32,000 nucleotides of DNA from Blattabacterium cuenoti (GTDB lineage: Bacteria > Bacteroidota > Bacteroidia > Flavobacteriales > Blattabacteriaceae): NCBI GenBank assembly GCA_014251975.1, contig CP059204.1, positions 180,001 through 212,000 of the forward strand, in the 5' to 3' direction. This document shows positions 16,563-24,699 of the stretch, in pieces. The translations under genes and the position numbers were made by a program. Position 1 is the stretch's first letter; each line of letters starts with the position of its first letter. The notes beneath the pieces are model-generated. The model made no database searches. It saw only the letters and a list, made by a program, of their open reading frames with translations, and was not told where the DNA came from.

Positions 16563-17600
16563 ATGAAATGTGGTATTATTGGTCTTCCTAATGTTGGAAA
16601 ATCTACATTTTTTAATATAATATCAAAATCAAATGTAAGATCGGAAAATTTTCCTTTTTCTACAATAGAACCTAATCATGGTTTGGTATATGTTCCTGAT
16701 AATAGATTAATAAAGCTACAAAATATTGTTAATTCTATAAAAATAACTCCATCTAATATAAAAATCACTGATATAGCAGGGCTAATAAAAGGATCTCATA
16801 AAGGAGATGGATTAGGAAATAAATTTCTATCACATATTCGTGAAACAGATGTACTAATTCATATAATAAGATCTTTTGATAAAACAGATATTATTCATAT
16901 AGAAGGATCTGTAGATCCTATTAGGGACAAAGAAATTATTGATATAGAATTACAGTTAAAAGATTTAGAATCTATAGAAAAAAAATTAAAAAAAATTCCA
17001 ATACAAAAAAAATATGAAAAGTTAATACAAATTTTAAATAAGTTATCCAATTTTATAAAAAAAGGGGAAAACGTTAGAAATTTTTTATTTAGTGAAAGTG
17101 AAATTAAACATATAAAAAATCTTCAATTATTAACTATGAAACCTATTATATATATATGCAATATACAAAAAAATATTAATGAAAAAATAGAATACAAGAT
17201 TAAAAATTTAGAACTAAAAATAAAAATGGAAAATTCTATTTTAATTAAAATACCATTTAAAGATAAAAATATATTTTTTAAAACTGAAAAAGTAATTAAT
17301 GAAATAAAAAAAATTATTAAAATACAAAATTTTTTTACAGTAGGTAAAAAAGAAATTCGTTCATGGAATATCCCTAATCCATGTACAGCATATCAAGCAT
17401 CTTCCGTAATACATACAGATTTTAAAAAAGGATTTATAAAAGCAGAAATAATACATTTTAATGACTATATTAAATATAAATCATATGAAAAAATAAAAAG
17501 ATTAGGGAAAATTTTTATATACGGGAAAAATTCCCTAATCCAAGATGGAGATATAATTAATTTTAAATTTTCTTATAAAAGAAAAAATTTTTTATTTTGA
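16563..17600 (+). CDS. ychF: Ribosome-binding ATPase YchF
   Basis: 345-aa ORF with the P-loop GIIGLPNVGKSTFFN, DIAGLIKGSHKGDGLGNKFL, a C-terminal TGS-like region (RSWNIPNPCTAYQASSVIHTDFKKGFIKAE) and DGDIINFKF. Confidence 0.9.
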   Translation: MKCGIIGLPNVGKSTFFNIISKSNVRSENFPFSTIEPNHGLVYVPDNRLIKLQNIVNSIKITPSNIKITDIAGLIKGSHKGDGLGNKFLSHIRETDVLIHIIRSFDKTDIIHIEGSVDPIRDKEIIDIELQLKDLESIEKKLKKIPIQKKYEKLIQILNKLSNFIKKGENVRNFLFSESEIKHIKNLQLLTMKPIIYICNIQKNINEKIEYKIKNLELKIKMENSILIKIPFKDKNIFFKTEKVINEIKKIIKIQNFFTVGKKEIRSWNIPNPCTAYQASSVIHTDFKKGFIKAEIIHFNDYIKYKSYEKIKRLGKIFIYGKNSLIQDGDIINFKFSYKRKNFLF

Positions 17601-18640
17601 TTATTAATTTCTTTTATAGATTCAAAAATTAATAATGCAGATTGTTCTAAATCATATTTATGTACCATCTCTACAGTTGTATGCATATATTTAAGAGGAA
17701 TAGAAATTAAAGAAGATAAAATTCCTTTATTAGAATATGCTAAAACATCTGTATCAGTCCCAGTATACCCAGATGCTACTAAACGTTGAAATTTAATATT
17801 TTTATTATTAGCAGTATTTATAACTAAATCTCTTATTTTACCTATTATTGAAGAAGAATAAGTTATTACTGGACCATAACCACATTTTACATCTCCTTGT
17901 AATTTTTTGTCTATCATAGGACTAGAAGTATTATGTGTAACATCAGTAATAATAGCTGCTTGTGGACGTATAGCTTGAGCAATCATTTTAGCTCCACGGA
18001 ACCCTACTTCTTCTTGTACTGAATTTACTATATATAATCCAATATCTATATTTATTTTATTTTCAAATAACATCCTAGCTGCTTCTGCTATTATAAATCC
18101 ACCTGCTTTGTTGTCCATACCTCTTCCAACAAAATATTTATTCATAATAAAAAATCTATCAGGATAAGTAATAATACATCCAATATGTATTCCTAAATCT
18201 ATTACCTCTTTTCTACTAGATACACCTACGTCTATGAATATATTATCTAAACTTGGTATTTTATCTTCAGATTTTCTAACATGTATTGCAGGCCATCCAA
18301 ATACACCATCAATCAAACCTTTATTAGTATGAATAACTACTTTTTTTGATAGAGCAATTTGATAATCTGATCCACCATTTCTAGATACATATATTATACC
18401 ATCTTCTGTTATATAATTTACATACCAAGATATTTCATCTACATGTGCTTCAACCATTAATTTTTTAGTAGAATTAGGATTTATTATACCTACTGCTGTA
18501 CCATATAAATCTACATATATTTTATCTACATAAGGCTTAATATAATCAATCCATACTTTTTGTCCTTCTTTTTCATTTCCAGTTGGAGAAAAACTATTTA
18601 AATATTTCTCAAGAAATTTAATAGAATTATTTTTTAACAT
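17573..18640 (-). CDS. M42-family metallo-aminopeptidase (FrvX/YpdE-like)
   Basis: 355-aa ORF with SPTGNEKEG, the metal ligand motifs EAHVDEI, GRGMDNKAG, VQEEVGFRGA and ITDVTH, and the typical M42 size. Confidence 0.75.
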   Translation of the reverse strand: MLKNNSIKFLEKYLNSFSPTGNEKEGQKVWIDYIKPYVDKIYVDLYGTAVGIINPNSTKKLMVEAHVDEISWYVNYITEDGIIYVSRNGGSDYQIALSKKVVIHTNKGLIDGVFGWPAIHVRKSEDKIPSLDNIFIDVGVSSRKEVIDLGIHIGCIITYPDRFFIMNKYFVGRGMDNKAGGFIIAEAARMLFENKINIDIGLYIVNSVQEEVGFRGAKMIAQAIRPQAAIITDVTHNTSSPMIDKKLQGDVKCGYGPVITYSSSIIGKIRDLVINTANNKNIKFQRLVASGYTGTDTDVLAYSNKGILSSLISIPLKYMHTTVEMVHKYDLEQSALLIFESIKEINNQNKKFFLL

Positions 18641-18654
18641 AATTATTTTTTTAA

Positions 18655-19470
18655 TTAATTTTCAATTAAAGATCCTTTAAATACAATATTTACAGATCCA
18701 GTTAAATATATATTTTTATATGTTTTTATACTTTCTTTAAAAGTAACCCATAAATTACCTCCTAAAGTTTTAACTAAAATTTCTTTATTTTTATTGTTTA
18801 TTTTTTTTACATTAAATGCAGCTATTACTGATGCTATAGCACCAGTACCACATGATAATGTTTCATTTTCAACACCTCTTTCATATGTTCGTACTTGCAA
18901 TGTAGTATTATTAAATATTTGTACAAAATTCACATTTATTCCTTTTTTAGTATCATAAATGTTATTGTATCTAATTTCTCTACCTGTTTTTATAACATTT
19001 ATATAGTGTAAATTTTTTACAAATATAACATAATGTGGTGATCCTGTATATAAAAAAATATATTTTGAATGTTCAATAATTTTATCTTTATATACAGGAA
19101 TCATATAAATTGATACTGTTTTATCATAATTAATTAATCCTTTATGATATCCATCTATTGCTTTAAAATAAATATATTTTTTTTTTTTTTTTATGTAGTA
19201 AAAAAAAAAAATAGCGCATCTTCCTCCATTTCCACACATTGTCCCTTCTTTACCATCTGAATTATAATATTTCATATAAAAATCGCTATTATTATCTTTT
19301 TTAATTAATATTACACCATCTGAACCAATACCAAAATTTCTGTTACATAATTTTTTAAAAAAATTAAAATTTTCATTATCAATCCAATAGTTTTTTTCTA
19401 AATCTATTATAATAAAATCATTCCCATTACCATGTAACTTAAAAAATTCTAATTTTTTATGTAATTTCAT
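18655..19470 (-). CDS. dapF: Diaminopimelate epimerase
   Basis: 271-aa ORF with GNGNDFIIID and both catalytic Cys motifs (MCGNGGRC and SCGTGA). Confidence 0.9.
   Translation of the reverse strand: MKLHKKLEFFKLHGNGNDFIIIDLEKNYWIDNENFNFFKKLCNRNFGIGSDGVILIKKDNNSDFYMKYYNSDGKEGTMCGNGGRCAIFFFYYIKKKKKYIYFKAIDGYHKGLINYDKTVSIYMIPVYKDKIIEHSKYIFLYTGSPHYVIFVKNLHYINVIKTGREIRYNNIYDTKKGINVNFVQIFNNTTLQVRTYERGVENETLSCGTGAIASVIAAFNVKKINNKNKEILVKTLGGNLWVTFKESIKTYKNIYLTGSVNIVFKGSLIEN
19177..19211. repeat. Inverted homopolymer pair T16-ATGTAGT-A12 inside dapF
   Basis: Counted directly: T run 19177..19192 and A run 19200..19211. On the coding strand it encodes FFFYYIKKKKK in frame. Confidence 0.9.
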
Positions 19471-19508
19471 ATTATTAATTAATATTTTTTTTGTCTTATT
19501 TTGATGTA

Positions 19509-19516
19509 TATATTTG
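19509..19516 (+). promoter_or_regulatory. Candidate Bacteroidota -7 promoter motif (TATATTTG) upstream of htrA
   Basis: Exact TAnnTTTG match, 18 nt upstream of the ATG at 19535. TTTG elements at 19490..19493 and 19500..19503 could serve as a -33 box, but the spacing is shorter than the reported optimum. Confidence 0.25.
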
Positions 19517-19534
19517 TATATATAGTTATTTATA

Positions 19535-20743
19535 ATGAACGTAAAAAAAATAATTTTTTATATTATTATTAGCAATATAATAAGCTCATTGATAAGTGTT
19601 GTAGCTGTAAAATTTTTTACAAAAGAAGAATGTTCATTATCAAGTGACTTTTTAGAAAGTCATAAACAAAATAAATTTAATTATAAAAATAATCAATCAC
19701 TATATTTTACTAACGTATTAAAACATGCAGTTAATTCAGTAGTTACTATAAAAAATTATACAAATGATACTTATTATAATAACCAAATTGATACAAATGA
19801 TCTATTTAATTGGTTTTTTAAATTTTCTGATACTAATGATGAAGATGTTGTATATAACAACAAAAAACAACAAATTAATCAAATAATTAATGGATCAGGT
19901 GTAATTATTTCTCATAATGGATATATTGTTACGAATCACCATGTAATAAAAAATTCAAAAAAAATTAAGGTAATTTTAAATAATCAAAGATCATATATAG
20001 CAAATTTAATAGGATATGATAAAAATACTGATATTGCTCTAATAAAAATATCAGAAACAAGATTGCCTTTTATAAATTTTTCAAATTCTGATAAAGTACA
20101 AGTAGGTGATAGGGTGTTTGCTATAGGTAACCCTTTTGATTTAAATTCAACTGTAACTGCAGGTATAATTAGTGCAAAAAATAGAAATATAGGATTATTA
20201 AATAATTCAACGACAAATTCATCTGTTGAATCATTTTTTCAAACAGATGCTGCAGTAAATACTGGGAATAGTGGTGGTGCATTAATTAATATTTATGGAG
20301 AATTAATAGGTATTAATACTGCTATTTCATCATTATCAGGGAATTTTATAGGATATAGTTTTTCTACACCTTCAAATTTAGTATTAAAAGTTATAAAAGA
20401 CATTAAATTTTATGGGAAAATAAAAAGAGCATTTTTAGGAATAAAAGGACTAGATTATTATAAAATTAATAATTATAATTTAAAAAATAAATTAGAAAAT
20501 AAAAATATAAAAACTAAATCAGGTTTTTTAGTATTAAAAGTATTTAATGGTAGTCCAGCACAAAAATATGGAATAAAAAATGGTGATATTATAAGTAGTG
20601 TAGATAATAAATATATTAATAATTTTTCTGAATTATTGTTTATAATATATTTAAAAGATCCAGGAGATAAAATAAAGGTAACTATATATAGAGAAGGAAA
20701 AATAAAAAATATTAATATTAAATTAAAAAATTTTCCAATATAA
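19535..20743 (+). CDS. htrA: HtrA/DegP-family periplasmic serine protease with one PDZ domain
   Basis: 402-aa ORF. It has an N-terminal TM anchor, catalytic triad contexts GYIVTNHHV, TDIALIKI and GNSGGALIN, and a single C-terminal PDZ-like region (GSPAQKYGIKNGDII). Confidence 0.85.
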   Translation: MNVKKIIFYIIISNIISSLISVVAVKFFTKEECSLSSDFLESHKQNKFNYKNNQSLYFTNVLKHAVNSVVTIKNYTNDTYYNNQIDTNDLFNWFFKFSDTNDEDVVYNNKKQQINQIINGSGVIISHNGYIVTNHHVIKNSKKIKVILNNQRSYIANLIGYDKNTDIALIKISETRLPFINFSNSDKVQVGDRVFAIGNPFDLNSTVTAGIISAKNRNIGLLNNSTTNSSVESFFQTDAAVNTGNSGGALINIYGELIGINTAISSLSGNFIGYSFSTPSNLVLKVIKDIKFYGKIKRAFLGIKGLDYYKINNYNLKNKLENKNIKTKSGFLVLKVFNGSPAQKYGIKNGDIISSVDNKYINNFSELLFIIYLKDPGDKIKVTIYREGKIKNINIKLKNFPI

Positions 20744-20831
20744 AAAATTATTTTTTTTATTTATTTTATTACAAACAAAATAAAAATATATTTATGTTTT
20801 ATTAATACAAAAATAAAATAAATTATACTAC

Positions 20832-21731
20832 ATGAATATAAATAATTTGTTTCATAAACCTGTATTATTAAAAGAAGTTATAAAAAATTTAATTATCAAT
20901 AAAAATGGTATATATGTAGATGCAACATTTGGATTAGGTGGACATTCTAAAGCTATTTTAGATAAATTAGATAAAAATGGACATTTAATAGCTATAGATC
21001 AAGATAAAGAATCTATAAAATATAATAAAATAAAAGATCCTAGATTTATGTTAGTTAATAATAATTTTTCTGAAATAAAAAATATTTTAAATAAAAAAAA
21101 AGTATCAGGGATATTACTTGATTTAGGTTTATCATCTTTTCAAATAGAGCATTCTAATAGAGGATTTTCTCATCAATTAAATGAGATATTAGATATGAGA
21201 ATTAATCAAGAATCTAAATATTATGCTAAAGATGTTATAAATAAATCTTCAAGAAAAAAATTATTTAAAATATTTAGAGAATATGGTGATTTTAAAAACT
21301 GCAAAAATATTGTAGATAAAATACTAAAAAATAGAATAAAAAATAAAATTGAAAATACTTTTGATTTAAAAAAAATATTTTTTATAAAAGGTTCATTTAG
21401 AAAAAAGAAAAATTTTTTTTCTAGACTATTTCAGTCTATACGAATAGAGGTAAATAATGAAATTGGTAATTTAAAAAAATTTTTAATAAATTCTATTGAT
21501 TATATTTTACCAAAGGGTAGAATATTAATTATTTCATATCATTCTTTAGAAGATAGAATAATAAAAAATTTTTTTAAAAAAGGTATTTTATGTGAAAAAA
21601 TTTTTACAATTTATCCCTTTTTATCAATTCACAAGAAAGTTATAAAACCTGATGTAGAAGAATTATTAAAAAATCCTAGATCTAGAAGTGCAAGATTAAG
21701 GGTAGCAGAAAAAAATTCAATATATAAATAA
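20832..21731 (+). CDS. rsmH: 16S rRNA (cytosine1402-N4)-methyltransferase
   Basis: 299-aa ORF with HKPVLLKEV, the SAM site DATFGLGGHS, DLGLSSFQ, SYHSLEDRIIK and NPRSRSARLRVAEK. It is the first gene of the dcw cluster. Confidence 0.9.
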   Translation: MNINNLFHKPVLLKEVIKNLIINKNGIYVDATFGLGGHSKAILDKLDKNGHLIAIDQDKESIKYNKIKDPRFMLVNNNFSEIKNILNKKKVSGILLDLGLSSFQIEHSNRGFSHQLNEILDMRINQESKYYAKDVINKSSRKKLFKIFREYGDFKNCKNIVDKILKNRIKNKIENTFDLKKIFFIKGSFRKKKNFFSRLFQSIRIEVNNEIGNLKKFLINSIDYILPKGRILIISYHSLEDRIIKNFFKKGILCEKIFTIYPFLSIHKKVIKPDVEELLKNPRSRSARLRVAEKNSIYK

Positions 21732-21797
21732 TTAATAGAATAGATTACAAAAAAAAATAAAAAATATATATTTTAATTTTTATTTATATGAATTATT

Positions 21798-22013
21798 ATG
21801 AACTATAACGATTATAATTATAATAAATATAAAGAAATAAAACGTTATAAAATTATAGAAAGGAAGAGACATATTTTTCTATATAAGTCGTATGCTATAA
21901 GTTTATTATTTATTTTTTTAACAATTTTTACTATTATTAAATTATGGAGAATAAATAAAAATATACCTAAAAATATATCTAATTCAAAAATTATTCATAT
22001 AGAAAAATTATAA
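21798..22013 (+). CDS. Small single-pass membrane protein at the FtsL position of the dcw cluster (FtsL-like, shortened)
   Basis: 71-aa ORF with a basic N-terminus, one TM helix (YAISLLFIFLTIFTIIKLW) and a short tail. The assignment rests only on position (between rsmH and murE) and topology; I can see no sequence motif. Confidence 0.35.
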   Translation: MNYNDYNYNKYKEIKRYKIIERKRHIFLYKSYAISLLFIFLTIFTIIKLWRINKNIPKNISNSKIIHIEKL

Positions 22014-22084
22014 ATTTTTGAAAATAAAAAATTGTAAAATTATAAGAATAAATTAAAATAATTTTATTTGTTATTTAAAAAAAA

Positions 22085-23548
22085 ATGACAAAAATTTTAA
22101 AAGAAATATTAAGTAATGTTGAAATTTTAAAAATAATAGGATATGTTTCAAATAAATGTATAAAAGGTATCACTTTAAATTCTAAAAATATAAAAAATAA
22201 TTTTATTTTTGTTGCTAAAACAGGAGATAAAACATGTGGTTATAATTTTATTAATGAAGCTATAAAAAAAGGTTCTAATACAATTATATGTGAATATTAT
22301 AAAAAAATTAATTTTTCACAAAATATTACTTATATAATTGTTAAAAATTCAGTAAAATCTTTAGGTATTATATCTTCAAATTTTTATGGTAACCCTACTA
22401 AAAAAATAATATTGATAGGAATAATAGGTACTAATGGGAAAACATCAACAGCATCAATATTACATCAGTTATTTAACAATATTGGAGAAAATAGTATTTT
22501 AATATCTACTATTGGTATTAAAATATTATATGATGAATATTCTACAAAAAATACAACTCCAAATATTATTGATATTAACAAATATTTATCAATAGCAATT
22601 AAAAAAAAATGTAAATACGCTTTTATGGAAGTTAGTTCACATGCTATTAAACAAAATAGAATTTGTGGATTATTATTTAGAGGTGCTATATTTACTAATA
22701 TTACACATGATCATTTAGATTATCACAAAACGTTTAACAATTATATTTCTGTTAAAAAATATTTTTTTGATAAAATGCCTAAGAATTCTTTTTCTTTGAT
22801 AAATCATGATGATGAAAATTTTTCAGAAATAATAAAAAATACATTATCAAATGTTTATTTTTATGGGTTAAAAAAAAAATCAAATTTTATAGGAAAAATT
22901 TTAAGTAAAAATTTCAATGGTACTAAATTAATATTAAATGATAATAAAGTTTTTACAAATTTAGTTGGTGAATTTAATATTTACAATTTATTAGCTGGTT
23001 ATTCTATTGCAAGATTATTAGGCAAAAATAAAAAAAATATATTAAATGCAATACATAAAATAAATCCTATAAAAGGTCGTTTTGAACAATTTTTATCTAA
23101 ATCAGGGATACGTATAATTGTAGATTATGCACATAATCCTGACGGATTAAAAAATGTATTAAAAAATATTTTAGATATAATTGATAAAAAACATAATTTA
23201 ATTTGTGTAATAGGTTGTGGAGGTAATAGAGATAAGAAAAAACGTAAAATAATGGGTAAAATTGTATATGAAATGTGTAATGTTTCTATTTTTACTTCAG
23301 ATAACCCTAGAATGGAAGATCCAAATAAAATAATAGAAGATATGAAAAAATTTAAATCATCTGTAACTTATAATAATATTGTTTCTATTATAGATAGAAA
23401 AAAAGCTATTAAATATGCAATTAAAATAGCAAAAAAAAATGATGTTATTTTAATTACTGGTAGAGGGCACGAAAATTATCAAAATATAAAAGGTAAATTT
23501 TATAAATTTAATGATATTGATATTACTAAAAAGTTAATAAATGATTAA
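22085..23548 (+). CDS. murE: UDP-N-acetylmuramoyl-L-alanyl-D-glutamate--2,6-diaminopimelate ligase
   Basis: 487-aa ORF with the P-loop GIIGTNGKTST, NITHDHLDYH, DYAHNPDG and the meso-DAP specificity motif DNPR (SDNPRMEDP). Confidence 0.9.
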   Translation: MTKILKEILSNVEILKIIGYVSNKCIKGITLNSKNIKNNFIFVAKTGDKTCGYNFINEAIKKGSNTIICEYYKKINFSQNITYIIVKNSVKSLGIISSNFYGNPTKKIILIGIIGTNGKTSTASILHQLFNNIGENSILISTIGIKILYDEYSTKNTTPNIIDINKYLSIAIKKKCKYAFMEVSSHAIKQNRICGLLFRGAIFTNITHDHLDYHKTFNNYISVKKYFFDKMPKNSFSLINHDDENFSEIIKNTLSNVYFYGLKKKSNFIGKILSKNFNGTKLILNDNKVFTNLVGEFNIYNLLAGYSIARLLGKNKKNILNAIHKINPIKGRFEQFLSKSGIRIIVDYAHNPDGLKNVLKNILDIIDKKHNLICVIGCGGNRDKKKRKIMGKIVYEMCNVSIFTSDNPRMEDPNKIIEDMKKFKSSVTYNNIVSIIDRKKAIKYAIKIAKKNDVILITGRGHENYQNIKGKFYKFNDIDITKKLIND

Positions 23549-24692
23549 TATTTTTAATTATATATCTATATTTAATAAATCTATAATATCTTTCTTTCTA
23601 TCATTTTTTACTTCTTTTATAATTTTTAAAAAAATAATATCTTGGAATAATAAAAAAAATATAATAGGAGAAAAAATAAGAAAATTAGGAATATCAGGAG
23701 AAGATAAAAAAAGTAATACACCTACAATGGGTGGTCTAGCTATAATATTCTCTACGTTAATATATACTATATTTTTTTCACATTTAAATATATATGTTAT
23801 TATTCTTATATTAACTACTTTATATATTGGTATTATTGGATTTATAGATGACTATATAAAAATTAATTATAAAAATAAAGAAAAAAGAGGATTAAACGTA
23901 ATTGAAAAATTATTGTTTCAAATAATTTTTGGTATTGTAATTGGAAGTGTTATGTATTTTAATACAAATACAACAATACAATTTAATAAAAAAGTATATA
24001 ATGAATATGGATTTAATACTAATATACCAAATTGTATGAATTATTTTTTTTTAAAAAAAAATTTTAATTATTCTTGTTTATTAAAATTATTTAATAATAA
24101 AAAATATACGTGGATTATATTTATACCTATTATTGCGATATTTATAACATTTTTTTCTAATGGATCAAATATAACTGATGGTATAGACGGATTAACTGCT
24201 GGAATATCTTTAATTATTTTATCAACACTATCTTTTATATCTTATATTATAAGTAATCCATATTATTCATATTATTATAATCTAATATATATACCCGAAA
24301 TTAAAGAAACTATTATATTTTCTTTATCTTTATTAGGATCTTTATTCAGTTTTTACTGGTATAATTCATATCCAGCACAAATATTTATGGGTGATACTGG
24401 AAGTTTGACTATAGGTGCAATAATATCTACTTTAGCTATTATTAATAGAGTAGAATTATTATTACCTTTTTTGTGTATAATTTTTTTATTGGAAAACACA
24501 TCTGTAATAATACAAATTTTATATTCAAAATATTTTAAAATAAAATATGGTATTAAAAAAAAAATATTTTTAATGGCTCCTATACATCATCATTTTCAAA
24601 AATTAGGCATTCATGAAAACAAAATTTTTATTAGATTTTTAATGATACAATTAATGTTTTCTATTTTAACATTATTTTTATTATTAAAATAA
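23541..24692 (+). CDS. mraY: Phospho-N-acetylmuramoyl-pentapeptide transferase
   Basis: 383-aa polytopic ORF with TPTMGGL, DDYIKI, NGSNITDGIDGL, MGDTGSL and APIHHHF. Confidence 0.9.
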   Translation: MINIFNYISIFNKSIISFFLSFFTSFIIFKKIISWNNKKNIIGEKIRKLGISGEDKKSNTPTMGGLAIIFSTLIYTIFFSHLNIYVIILILTTLYIGIIGFIDDYIKINYKNKEKRGLNVIEKLLFQIIFGIVIGSVMYFNTNTTIQFNKKVYNEYGFNTNIPNCMNYFFLKKNFNYSCLLKLFNNKKYTWIIFIPIIAIFITFFSNGSNITDGIDGLTAGISLIILSTLSFISYIISNPYYSYYYNLIYIPEIKETIIFSLSLLGSLFSFYWYNSYPAQIFMGDTGSLTIGAIISTLAIINRVELLLPFLCIIFLLENTSVIIQILYSKYFKIKYGIKKKIFLMAPIHHHFQKLGIHENKIFIRFLMIQLMFSILTLFLLLK

Positions 24693-24699
24693 TAATAGA

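Noticed and set aside
16540-16563. TTG start of tatC sharing a base with the ychF ATG
   Set aside because: The extension (YLKFFII) is not part of the conserved TatC N-terminus. An ATG at 16539 gives a normal MNELKKMPFWEHIEELR start.
16298-16591. 97-aa plus-strand ORF
   Set aside because: It is antisense to tatC and overlaps the ychF start. It has no recognisable motif, and both real genes are well supported.
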